Of a stretch of 64,000 nucleotides of DNA, positions 1 through 13,100 are shown in pieces. The notes beneath the pieces are model-generated. The model was not told the origin of the DNA, did not search any database, and saw nothing but the letters and a program-made list of their open reading frames with translations. The DNA comes from Vermamoeba vermiformis (taxonomy: Eukaryota). Location: contig JBEWZL010000152.1 in assembly GCA_045837725.1 (NCBI GenBank), positions 372,001 through 436,000 on the forward strand. Direction: 5' to 3'. Each line of letters starts with the position of its first letter. The stretch's first letter is position 1. Both the position numbers and the translations under genes were made by a program.

Positions 1-1951
1 AAACTCCTTATATCACATTGAGCAACTTGACTATCAATTTACCTGTTGCTAAATCCCAAAGTTTCACTGAAGCATCTTTGCCGCAAGTCAGCAAGTATTT
101 TCCATTTTTAGAAAATTGAACAGAATTGACCTAAATTTACGTTATTCTCTCCGTTGCAGATGCAAATGTGATTTTAACGATAAGAAAAGTAACGTACCTC
201 TAATCCACCGTGAGCATTTGAAAAAGTCTGAACGCATCTGAAGCTGACGGTGTCCCAAAGCTTGATCTGCCCGTCCTTGCTGCACGAGGCAAATAATTTA
301 CCATCGTGTCCATAGCGAATCTGCAATAAACGTAGACTATTAAATCATTGTTTCGAGTTTCAGTTTTTTTTGCCGTTCATGAACACTGTTTTGACAACTT
401 AATGACGTTGACTTTTTTCTAAATATGGATATAATCCTAATACTTTTAATTACCGTATTACGTACTTGATTAATTGGGCCTAAGTGGTTACTTTCGCCAT
501 TAGGAGAGACGTAGCATTGCAGCGTATTAATGTCGTACAATCGGATCAATGGATTGTCGGTGCCTGCAACAATGTAATCGCCTGATGGGTGAAATGAAAT
601 CGACCGAATGTTGTTGGAATCCTTTAATCGAATATATTAGCTATTAAAAGTAAATTTTGATTGTGGCAAAAATAGATCCGTTTGTAATACGCGTGCTTGC
701 GTAATTTGTCTAAATAAAGAAATGCCACGGGTTGTGATATCCAAGCGGATCTGCAACCGCAACGCAATTTCAGAAATATCTTAGTACTTAATTTGTCCGT
801 AAAAACAATGGATTAAGCCCAGGGGTAAAATCTCCGTTCGCAGGAGATCTATCCGGTGATTGTTCTTACCTGTAAATATTTGAAAGATTTCTTCATGCTG
901 GAGTGATAGTCGTAAAACTTGATCGTGTTGTCGCGCGAGGCAGAGGCCAAGAGCGGCAAGGTCGGATGAAAGTCGATGTCGTTGATGGCCTGCGTGTGGT
1001 CATATAACGTACGCAAGACTGGTCTCGCGCCTTGAAAGTCATCGCCGCCCTCGTTCTTAGATTGACTATAATTGACCATCTTTTGCACGTCTAGCAATTT
1101 AATTGAAGTATCAGCGGAACCCGTGGCAATAACTTTTCCATCAGGACTGAATTTAGCGCAACGGACTGAGTTCTTGTGTGTAGTGATAAATCGAGTTTGG
1201 TAGTTAGGATAGGGACGCTTAGATGCGGGCTCTATAATTTAATAAGACATGTCAGTTGGCAAAGAGTCGTATTAAAGTACATCAAATGTGTGTTGTCTTA
1301 ATTAGGATAACAACGAAATATTGCTTCATATTGACCATATTAATTACCTTGCAATTCCAAATCAAAGTCAACACCCTTGATCGCCTTCAAAGCTGACAGA
1401 TCGATCATGCCAGTTCCAAGATCTGAACTGTAGGCTATTAAATACAAGTATTAGAATGCTAGCCTTATTTAGAACCGTTCAAAATGTCAATCGCATACTT
1501 TCTAGTGATGAACCAGGCACGCGATCTTTTTCCAATGTAAGGCCGATCGCGACCAGAGTTTGTAATCTGTTTGTAGGTAATGCACTATTTGACGGTGCTA
1601 ATGTGGCATTTGATACAGCTGTAGCTGCGCCGTGATATCCATCGTCTTCCAATTGTCTGATAGAAAAAAATTAATTATCGATAGATCGGTTTCAATATGC
1701 TTGTAAATTATTTTAAAAATTACTGCCGATATAAAATATTACAGCATTAATAAAAATATGCGTAATCGGCCTAAACAAGTCCAACAAATCAAAATTAATA
1801 ATTTATTTTTCACGGTCTTGCAGATCCTCGAAATATACTCTAAATGCAATAAAATCATATATAGCATGTATTTTAATTTTTTTTGGCTTGTATTTTCATA
1901 CCTGACGATTAATTGGTAAAGTTGCCTTCGATCTTGTTCTTCGTTTTGCAT
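1..1951 (-). CDS. CSTF1: Cleavage stimulation factor 50 kDa subunit (WD40), multi-exon, 3' end runs off the window
   Basis: ATG at 1951 (MQNEEQDRRQLYQLIV...QLEDDGY, dimerisation-type N-terminus). Later exons read YQTRFITTHKNSVRCAKFSPDGK and RPVLRTLYDHTQAINDIDFHPTLPLLASASRDNTIKFYD, with further WD repeats; GT-AG introns. Confidence 0.92.
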
Positions 1952-2357
1952 ATTCTCTATTTACTATAAATGTGGTTATTCGGGTATTAAGCACAGTAAA
2001 TGTTAATGCTGCAACTGTGGGCTCTTGTGTGGATTCGAACAACAAAATGCCGCAAACACAAACCTCATTGCGGAACCCCGTTAATATCAAGCATGCGTAT
2101 AACACTCGATTCTGGCCACGCCCTACGTACACAGTGCAGTAGTATCTGTCACTGGTATAATTCGAGAGCATTCTGGATCCGCGATGTCAAAACGATTTAT
2201 GTCTCGCCCGCACGATTTAAAAATGAGATGATCTATTAAGTGCACCCAATTAATTAATCGCGATTAGCTCTGGAGGTCCCTGAGACAGTTCAAAGGTGGC
2301 TAAACTTTTTAGCGCCTTTCTGTTGCTGAACTAAACGGAGCACCACTCCATCCAAAA

Positions 2358-5300
2358 ATGAACGATCATAGTATTATATGCATCTCGTGCAATGAAGTCA
2401 TATTCACCGAAAGCAGTCGCGATGATGAGGTTGGATTTCGTTGCATTCAGTGTGACGATTTCACTCTTTGTAGAAAATGCGAACGTTTAGCATCAGAGTA
2501 TCACCCAGTAATGCACTCATTTATAGAGCTTCGCGGATATCATTTTAAGAACAAAATAAACAGTTTTCCGAATGCCAAACCAGGTATATTTAATTTACAA
2601 TGATCAAATCAAGAAATTACTTCGCTTATAAATTAACCCTAAATTCTCCGATTTTTTGGTGCGATTAAATCTAATTAAATATGATTTTCAGACGTTACGA
2701 CGGGAATCTATTTGGCGCATCTCACTCCCTGCTCGACTTGTCAAACTCCTCTTATTATCGGCATACGCTATATGTGCACTCATTGTGAGAATTATAATTT
2801 ATGCTCGGGTTGCCATATTACTAGGCCTTCCGATCATCAACCGGCAAATCACGCCTTTATCAAGATCCGCTCGATTTATGGGCTATTAAATGAAGTCGAT
2901 TGGCAACAAGAGCTAGTAAGTACTGACTTAAAGCTGCGATTTTGGTGATCAATCGCTCATTTCTTATGAGTAGGACAAATCTGCTTACTTCAAGGCCAGA
3001 AACGAACGAGATTACATTGTCGATAATGAGGCACCTAAAACAAAGTCAACCGACAAATATAAGTCCGCTCTTAAGATGAGCTCATCAAGGAATGCTTTGC
3101 TCTCTTCGAGCAACAGCAAACGAGATTCAATTTCCGAATCCGCTTTAACGGCAAATGAGCATAAATTGGACGAGAATAGTTATTTCACTCCCAACGAAGA
3201 TGATATTAAAGATGAGGAAGACGAGAAAAAGAAAAAAGATAGCGAGTACACGATAAGCTATTACGCGGAACAAGATGACAAATTAGCTGACAATCAACGA
3301 TATTATGAAGCTACTTACGATGACTCTGACGATGAGGCCGAGACTAACAAGAATATTGCTACAACTTCTGGCGGCAAAGGATATTACGAAGACAACGCTG
3401 AAGACGAAAACAGTGCGGACAGCGAGGATCCGGAAGTGGTTAATGACGAGCCAAAACAGAACGTTGAACATAGCACGGCAGTCATTGACACTAGCAAAGT
3501 CAGTACCGTTGTATCGAGGGCTGGGTCAGTTCGCCTGTTGATTAATCAGTTTCAAAACATCATCGAAACATCGACCACCAGCGAGGCCAAAAAGCACCAA
3601 ACACCACGAGCCAGCGATGAGAACAGCAAGCCTAGTCAAGTGAAAGAAGTTGCGCAAGTAGAAGAAGTAAACCCAGTGCGTCCTATCTCCGCAGCAGACG
3701 GCAAGATCAATCTTCGAGGTAAATATCGAAGTGCAGTACAACCTTACACGAGCTCACTTTTCAATAGGTTCACGCGCCGCAGCGCCTAAGAAGCCCGAAA
3801 CAATAGCGCCTGACCTTCAGAGCAGCGCTTATCTCGCAAATGACGCTACAGATAACTACGATGGTGCAGCCCTGAATGAAGACTCGGACTCGGACGACGA
3901 GAAAAAAGTACCACACAGTTCTACAACACGAGAGAGTGTCAAGCTCAAACGTGCACCCTCGCGATACATCAATGAGGACAATGCAGCTACTACTTACACA
4001 GAGGTTGCGGAGGATTCGGCGAGTGATTCGTCATCGGTCAGCGAAAGTTCGAGCTCTGAGTCGGAGTTGTCAAGCGTGACATCTGAGGACAGCGATGTGG
4101 ATGACGATACGTTTGATTACTACAAGCAGCACGAGGCATTTAAAGACATTATGGCGACTGAACAGCGTGACTGGCACAACGAGGCAATGGCGCTGCAAAA
4201 AGAATACGGTAAGCCTGCTCTTTAAACGTTTCTCGTGCAATGGCGTGCTTGAGTCATCGTGCACCTATTAATGCATTGACGATTGGTTGAATTCCTTATT
4301 TCCTTTTAAAGCAAATCGCGGATCGGAGCCTACCAATTAAAATATTTAAATTGATGGCGATATGTTGACACTTTCTAACGGAAAATTCAATGAATAGAAA
4401 CCACTAGCGATACAAAGCAACAATCTAGGATATTGAAGCGATACTTGGCTCTAGCGAAAGAGTTCTTGGGTTTCGCAGACTTGATCTCGCGAATAATCAT
4501 CGACGAGGCATTTTTACCGGTTGAGAGCAAGAGCATTAAGCCCGTCAATGTTGGAGGTGTAGCTGGTGGCGAAAAGGTATGATTCACACTTTACTTATTT
4601 AGACTGTTTAATTGACTCGGATCCAGTATCTTTTCCGTGGAGTGTTCTTCAAGTTTGCCATCGATTCGCATAATATCTATGGCGGCGATTACTTTGCAGC
4701 TAAAGCCGCAAGTAAGTTAGAATCTCGTTTTACCAGGAGACAATTCCAATTCACAAAATGAATCCCTCGAGTTAATTAACGATATTTATAGGCCGGGAGT
4801 ACAATGGAGTGAAAAGCTATTTTATGAGCAAGATCAAGGGCCTATATGTTCCTATGATGGTATTGGTCGATTATCGAGGCCTCCGGTTGATAGGTTCGTC
4901 ATTTTTAATGCAGTATTAAATACTTCATTTTTTAATATTTCCTTACGCAGCCACTCCTTGTTTGCCGATAAGCTCCAAAACTCTCAAATATGGTAGCGCT
5001 GATGCAGGTCAAACCGTTCTGAAAACTGATCCTGTTTTGAACGAGAGAATGAAACTAGGCATGTTTTTAGATTCATTTCCTTTTTAGGCAAAATATTTTT
5101 TCGGCTAATCTTTAAACTTTAGCCGCAGCAAAGCTTAACTTAAAGGGTCATAAGGCAGGTGTGAAGGAGGCACGCAAGATCTACGGCCCAACGGATATTG
5201 AAGGTCATCAAGGGTAAGTATATATCCGATCTGATTTAAAGGTCTAAATTTGTCCTTAGAAATGACGGAAACTATTACGTGATCGATACTGCGCGAGGTA

Positions 5301-6754
5301 AGTCATGAGCATCATAATAGCCATTATTTGACACCCAACAGTTGCACCGCCGTTCCCTCCAGAGAGAAAATTGCCGTTATTTGTGTTCCCATCCGGTACG
5401 CGTTTCTGAAAAATACCCGAAAACCGTTCTAATACCAATCAGATCCAGATTTGAACCGACTGTGGAGTCCTCTTGCTACGATGCAAGTCCACGAAGTACC
5501 CATTCGCGATTTCCGAAAGAAGTTATACGAGTACTTCCCTGAGGCAGAGGGCAATCCAGACATTGAATTGAGTGAAGAGTTCTTTCCTTCAGGTTCTTTG
5601 TTCCATATCAAGCAAGAGGTATTACTAGGTGGAAATAATTAGTTTAATTTGTATTGACCCGGATCTTCTTTTTAGCTACACAAAGTACCTCCGCTTATTA
5701 ATCGACGTGCTACTACATTCGTTGAGAAGTTGATATTTGGTACTGCGGTAGTGGTAGCGACGAGTGCTATTAAGGTTGGTACCACCTCTTCGAATTGGAC
5801 TCGCGGATCTGACCTATTGTACGATAGAATGCTCACTTGTACAATTTACTGCGCATCGAGCACGTAAAAATTGCAGTGAATCCACTTAGCTCGGATGCGT
5901 TCTCGAACTTCCAAGTCGCTGATGCAGATAAGAAAGCTGATGAGGTAAACTCAATCGGATCCATCAGCACGTGACTAACTGAGTTGTTCTGCAGAACAAT
6001 ATTCGCGAAGAAGTTCAAAAGCTGTACGACCAGATCATCCCTGATTTGGCTAATAAGCTACTATCACGTGAAGTTAAGGTATGAAAACAGATCATTTGAG
6101 GATCCGGTCTAATGTTAGTCTTAAGGTAAATAATGGTGAAGAGTTGTGCATTGAATTGCATCGAAGAGGTGTTCCTGTGCGATGTTTAGGACTGCTACGC
6201 ATGGCTGTCAAACAGGTAAGACTCGCACATGACCAGTTGACACGTGCCACTTTTGACAGCTGTACTCACCTTCAATGTAGGATCCAGAGCTCGACAACTT
6301 GGTGCTTGTAGAGATGGCCTCGCGCATGGCTAAGATGTTCATTCGCACAGCACTACGACGCATTAAAGCACCGACTATCAACGAGCAGATCTGTCAGCGA
6401 CAAGTGCTGTCGTACTTCAATCTCATCTTCGGTGACAGCAGTGCCGCGAATGTCTACTGGAAAGCTATTATCAAGCCGCAGCTCTACGTCAAATTTGGCC
6501 CGTGTCTGACCGAACAAGAGCTCAACAGCGAGTACGACATTCGCAACTCCATCACGAACATGGTGCACTTGCTGTTGCGATTGCAGAGCAAGCTCGGTGC
6601 CATGTTTACGAAAGAAGCTTTGCTCACATTCGAGCACGAGTCGAGCACGTGCTTCAAAGATCCGAATCCGCTGCGCATAGAACATTATCGTGGTCTGACC
6701 AGTGAATGTCGCTGCAGTCACGTGGAGTGTTTGCAAACCTTGCTCAATGAGTGA
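2358..6754 (+). CDS. ZZ-type zinc finger (x2) + acidic linker + Clu-domain protein
   Basis: Two ZZ-like fingers (CISC...CIQCDDFTLCRKC...H; CSTC...CTHCENYNLCSGC...H). Clu motifs: GGVAGGEK, YGGDYFAAKAA, DYRGLRLIA, TLKYGSADAG, GPTDIEGHQG, ELHRRGVPVRCLG. Spliced. Confidence 0.8.
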
Positions 6755-6979
6755 GCACGATACGCGACTACATGATCGCTAGGATAAGAATATTGTACAT
6801 AAATTACTATTTGAATGTAAAATAAAAAGCTCATCTAAAGGACCACCCAACAGACTGGATCTCGATAATATTAATCGCCTAACGTTTCGTATTTACATTC
6901 ATATTAAATAATTAACACTCGTTATCATGTTTGCTCCTGAGGACCTGAGTTATTCAAACGATCAACAGATCTCCGTCTT

Positions 6980-7461
6980 CTATGCCGCTGTTTTGCGTAC
7001 TCCACCATCAGCTGTGCACCTGACAAACTGTTCGTAACGCATATCGACTTCACCTTCTTCAAGCTATGCACGATAAGATTATTTAGGTGCAATCTGATAG
7101 ATCCACGTCAACAGAACGTACCTCGTAATCAACAAAATAGTATTTGTAGCATTCAGGTGATATGCATTCATTTGTGCACTTTTGAAGTTCATGCTGTTGC
7201 GCGGAAGGACCTAATTCGATGGCACACTGATCAGCGCATTCGCTTTCTTTGGCACGATACTTATTTTTTGTCTATCATAACGTTAACTTATATTCGGATA
7301 ATTTTTAAATAATTATTGGGAATATTTTTGAATTTTTGATTGCAGCAGATCCGAGTTTCTTTTACCTTCTGTGGAGATCTTCCACTGACGCCAAGACCAT
7401 GCGTAATATCACCGATAATAATAACTAATATTAACACTAATAGTGTATTGTACTTGTGCAT
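6980..7461 (-). CDS. Small secreted Cys-rich protein, DUF4787-like (3 exons, absent from the ORF track)
   Basis: Spliced translation MHKYNTLLVLILVIIIGDITHG...ECADQC...KCTNECISPECYKYYFVDYE|LEEGEVDMRYEQFVRC...*. It has a signal-peptide-like N-terminus and a CxSPxCY...LEEGExD pattern; both introns are GT-AG, phase 0. Confidence 0.75.
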
Positions 7462-7589
7462 CGTGGTGCTTTGCTCGTGTACAAAATTAAACTTAAATTG
7501 AATTCAATTTCATTTTGAAGCAACAAACCACCCTACTCAGTCAATCACTGTAGTATTCATATTTATATACATTAGTATAATAGTGCATA

Positions 7590-10069
7590 ATGTGGTTAGC
7601 GAGAAGCGGAGCAAGGTTACTTAGCCGAGGTATGCCGATACTTTCGTACTCTGTAAATAATTTGATTAATATTTATTCTGTTAGGAACTCGGTCCAAAAC
7701 TGTCGTAAATAATATTAAAGGTATATAATAAAATTTCAAAATTTAAATTTATTTTTTCCAGTCTTAACGGATTCTGAATCGTCGTTCTGTTATCATGACC
7801 ACCGTGCGAGCGATAAAGTATCAAACTATCATATTTACTGACTAATGCGATTCAGCTCCTCAGCGTGCGACAAGACAAGTTGCTACTACGTCAAGCAAAT
7901 CCGAAAAACTTTGGTCAAACAAGTGGAAGCTGATTGCAGGAACTTCTATATTAGCAACGCCTGTGACTTGTAAGTCCATGCACATTATAGAGCGCTATAG
8001 TTTAACCGCTTCTCTGCAGATTTGTTGGTCAATCCGGGCAAAGCACAAGCAACACAAGCAGACTTGAATAAGACGGCACAGGTACTTCTATTTAATTGAG
8101 TTTTAGCTTGAAATTCGTGTACATAAACAGCCACTTTAACTAAATATAGCAAACCACGTGGTTAAAAATAGATGATACGAGCCGAATACCGAGATTTGAT
8201 GTCAAATCCGGCAACGAGCGGTACCTAATCAGCTTGAATTTGCAGGGTAATAGCAGCGAAGACGACTGGGACAAGACTAAAGAAGAATTCAAGAGATCCG
8301 CACCGATTTTTCGCGTCGTATTGACCGGCGGACCTTGCGGAGGAAAAGTAAAACCCTAAAAATGCAACATTGCAACGCTATAATTAGCTCATATATAACC
8401 TATTCTTATTCTTTCTAGTCCACTGCCATGTCGCAGATCTCGGATCGCCTTTCCTCGCTCGGAGTGAAGGTTTTTCGCGTGCCTGAAGCAGCTACAATTC
8501 TTTTGAGCGGCACCGGCCTATCATTTGCCAAATTCAGTCGGGACCAGCTGTTAACATTTGAGACTAATTTGGTCAAGACTCAGATGGGTATGTATATATG
8601 AGGTGTGATAATATGACGCTGGAAACTAGATCTGAAAAGTCGTTTCATGAAATTGCATTGGTCCGAACATTCGCGCTAAATGTCCGAACACTATTAAATA
8701 AGTCTATAATCGTTGCCTCTTTACTAACGTCAATCATATTTAGCACTTGAAGACTCCTTCGTGGCTATTGCGAGGTCAACTGGATCTCCTTGCGTAGTGC
8801 TTTGTGACCGAGGCGTGATGGACACCAAGGCCTATTTGTCAACCGGTATTTGCCTCATTTATATAAGACCGTCGAGTGTATTAACTGACACTATGTCATA
8901 ATAGATTTGTGGGTTGAGTTGTTGAAAATGAACGGTTGGGATCCGATAACATTGCGTGACAAGTACGTGATTCAGTTTTTGACTCGTATATTCATCGTGC
9001 TAATATGATACATGATGGCTATTATTAGGCGATACGATGCTGTCGTGCACTTAGTAACTGCTGCTATTGGTGCTGAAAAGTTTTACACGACCGAAAATAA
9101 CACGGCGAGGTGAGTGATTGCGTGAATTTAGATTACCTTATATGGCAATTAACGTGAATTGTCACGCAGATCAGAGTCACTGGAACAGGCGCGTGAACTG
9201 GATTTCAAGTTGATGAACAGTTACGTGGGCCACCCTATCATCCGCATCGTTGACAACAGCACTGACTTCAAGGGTACATTTCAGTGATCAAACTATGAGA
9301 CATAATTATCTAACCGAACTGACAGGCAAGATCACGCGTGTCACTGACGCTCTTTGTCAAATCGTTGGTGCTCCTAGGCCCGCTGATTACGTACGTGTCA
9401 GAGCTCATGTCATTCTTTTGTACTAACCTGGTCCTATCTGCAGCGACGAAAGTTCCTCGTGAAGAACTTTGACTTAGGTATGTACGATTGGATAGTCTAT
9501 GAATAGGCGCCTAACAACTCAATTTAGAACAATTGAAAAAGAATGCTAGTGTCGAAGAGTTCGATGTCGAGTACACGTTTTTGAACCAAGAAGAAGGCGA
9601 AGACATCAACGGCTACACTTGTCTGCGCAGGTATATGACTGCCTTGCGTTAATACCACTCACTGATCGCTATTCTAGGCGCGGTAAAGGCAACGACTACT
9701 CGTACACGCACAGCACTACGCGTCGTGTTGCCGACTCACAAAGAGTAAGCACAACTGTTGCTAGCTTGTATTGTGATTAACATTGACCAGGCCATTGTTG
9801 AACGAGCGATTTCAGCGCGTGAGTACAGCGCGTTCTTGAAAGGCAGAGACGTGTCACGTGGTCCAGTCACCAAGCACGTGTACTGCTTCGTGTATGATAA
9901 CGTCTATTACGAGCTGCAGACCGTGAAGGGCCGTGAGAATGTAGTGATTTTGACATCTGAAATTGAACGCAGCAAGAACTTGTCATTGCCGAAATTCATC
10001 CAAGTCGCGAGTGAAGTGACGGACGACCCTGATTTCTCGAGCTATTACTTGTCCAAGCTCAAGAAATAA
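7590..10069 (+). CDS. Ttd14-like (NadR/AAA_28 P-loop + CYTH-like) protein with putative mitochondrial presequence
   Basis: RVVLTGGPCGGK|STAMSQI...VFRVPEAATILLSG, CDRGVMDTKAY, RYDAVVHLVTAAIGAEKFYTTENN, GHPIIRIVDNST. C-terminal ERAISAREY...KHVYCFVYDNVYYEL. The N-terminal exon joins are less certain. Confidence 0.8.
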
Positions 10070-10115
10070 ACCCAGATCTGCTTTGTATTTTTACACTTTT
10101 ATTCACAAATCCAGT

Positions 10116-13100
10116 TTACAACACACCCAAAATAGCTTCAAACTTGTCGTCGTGTGACACGTGCTTGAGTTGCCAGAACTTCAATTTTTGCACCAGCTGG
10201 CTAGCTTTACGTTTGGCATCGAGTGCTTTTTTGCCCATCAAAATCCACTTGACATTCGCTCTGATGCGTTCAAACTGTTCTTCAGTGCCCATGGAGGTCT
10301 GATTCGCGTAGGATTTGCGTCGTTTTACCACGCACAAGTCAGTGATGCCGAGCATGCGGCATATGCTGAGCACGGGCGAAGCACGAATGACACGTTCAAG
10401 ACTGCCTTGGAGTATGTCGTACGTCATGTACTTGCCTCCGCGACGATGAATTTCTTCAATGGTGATCTCGTACAACTTCCAAGCCACACCAATGCTTCGG
10501 TACGCTGGATGGACCCAAGCAGTTACAACTTCAAAATTGTCCTTCTCGATGTAATCACCAATGCAGTAGCCAACCATGTCAACCTTCTCCAACGTATCAA
10601 GCTCGTAAATATTCAAATTCGTGAAGCCAAAGTGTGCCAAACTGGACCGCGTTAAAATAATGAAACGAATCAAACTCGTTGCTTACCTCTCATTATTATC
10701 ATCGTCCTTATTTTTGTCGTCAGTTGGGGGCAGTGATTTTCGTGTGAATTCGATAAAACCGCCAAACGGAGTATTGCCGTAGTGGTCCAAGCGCATTTCA
10801 CTGCGTGAGAACTCGTCCTTAGGCTCATCTTCCTCTTCGTCTTCGAGATTGGGATCTGGTTGAGTGCTGCTTGGAGCCGTGGGATTGGTCAGGGCCGCAG
10901 TGACAGCTGCATTGGTGTTTGCAGGCGCAGGTTGCACGGGCTGCTGGCCAGGTTTAGGCACCGTTACAAAGTTGATAAATGACTGCAATGTCTCTTCACC
11001 AGGACGTCCGCCTCGGTCACGCCAAACACGATCTTCATTGCCAAAGATCCACTTCATGGCAAAGATTTGCATTTGAGGGCGCAAGTCACTGATGCGCACT
11101 GTCACTGTTGACTTCTTGAGGACATTTTTGATCTCATTCAAAGCTTTTTCGGCTTTTTCCTGTTCGAGTTTGATCTCTTGCTCGGTCATTGTGATCTGTG
11201 CTGTCTCTTTGTTGTCGGCTTTGATCTCAGGCCCTGTTTGTTGGCCTTCGCCAGGCTGTTGTGCCTCGTTGTTGGCCCCTTGCTGCATCACATTGCGCTG
11301 TCGTTGTTGAGCCGATCGAGTATGCTGTACCTCTGCCTTGACAGTGGCCAAGTCTCGGTGCAAATTCTTCACGACTTGCAACAAGTGCTGTTGTAGCTCA
11401 AATAACTGTTCTTTGTTGCGTGCAAACAGTGATTTAAGTTTGGTCGGGGACTCGAACAGTGCTTCGATCTCGCCATGAATGATCTGCAGAATGCGTTTGA
11501 TCAAGTGTTCTTTCTCTTCTTTTGTCATCGATTTCTTGCCTTTCTTCTTGCCCTTTCGCTTCGTCCACTGATCCAAGTCAAATCCAACCGTCAGAATCTC
11601 AAAGTCTCGAATGCCGAACTCAATGTACAGCGTAATATATTGTGACAAGAACCGTGCGAAGGCCTCAACATTTTCTGTGACATGTTAGCATAAGAGTGCT
11701 TTCAGCCGGGGTCATTTACCTGATAGCTGTGAGTTGCTGTCAGCTTTGAGCTTCAAAATGACACGTGTCATTACAACACCTGCCAAGTCCTTTCGAATGG
11801 AGTTGTATGCCTTAGGTTTGGCCTTGTTGTCTTTATTCACGGCAAGCGTGCCTGTGCTGCGTCGTAACAGCGTCTTGCCCTTATGTTGCGCTACAAATAC
11901 ATCGTCATTAGAGATAGGTAACTCGAGCAGTGACTTACCTTTGGCTACACTAAGGTCAGGGAGCTTCAATAGGTGCACGTTCTTGTCCGTTAAAATCACA
12001 TCACCGGGCTGAATTTTGGCCTATAATACGTTGTCAATCAAATGGGTCCGCAACTGCTATGGCTCGTTGCTACTTACCGCCTTGAAGTCGAAATAGCTCT
12101 CAACACCAGCCTCTTCAAAGAAGTCATCCTTGTACGTGATAATACCACCGACAAGTTCAGTTGGGATCATTGACTCGAACAGACCAAACGTTCGATTGTT
12201 CGGGAATCCTCGTGGAATGATAATAGCTGGCACCAGTCCTGACTCAACGAGTGCTTTGAACATTGAAGTCCACACCAGACTCGTGTCATATGAATGGCCA
12301 TTGGTGTAGATCTACGCATGTTGTCAGTAGCTTATAATACCACAAGAATGTCGCGTACCTTGTAAACAAACAGGCCCTGGTCAGTGAACAGCACTTCAGC
12401 GTTCTCAATTTCGTGTGTCATTGGTGTGGTGCCCTCAGTGTCATAAACACTGATGAAGCCCAAATTGGCCTTCAACGAGTCTTCAATCGGCTTCTCGGCA
12501 TGATCGCCATCAGGTGCGTAACAGCCAACAATGTTCTTACCGCAGCAATTAGCTGAGTTCACAAACGTGTTGTTGAATCGACACCAGTAGCGGCGTTTCT
12601 GTGCGGGTTCAAGCTTTTCCTGTAGTTTTTGCTGCTCGACATCTGCCTCAAGTTGGTCCTCCTGTAGTTTTTATTAGGCGTGCATAATAAGACATAGGAG
12701 ATACTTACGCGTGTGAGCAACGACAGCTTTCGATTGACAATGAATGCTTTGCGCGGGTGGTTCTTGATGCGTTTGTCAATAGCTTTCAAGAACACATTTC
12801 GTCTGCTCTTCAAGTCATCAATTGTCGTGTTCTCGCGGTCATCAGCAAATACACGGTCGAGTTCAAACTATGTGATTCGCGTTAGATTGTCTTCGAATTC
12901 ATGTTTCACGTACCTCTCGCCCATCAATGTTGATCTTCTCAGAGCTGGGATAAAGCGTCTTGTAAATATCCACGTATTCGCCGTAGATACCAATCAACGA
13001 GGCCTTAAAGTTCTCCTCAATGTTCTTGCGGTCGTCAACTTCCACATCGAGCCACACGTCTTTCTCCCACAATGACTCGCTGTACCCGAGTGAGGCCAAG

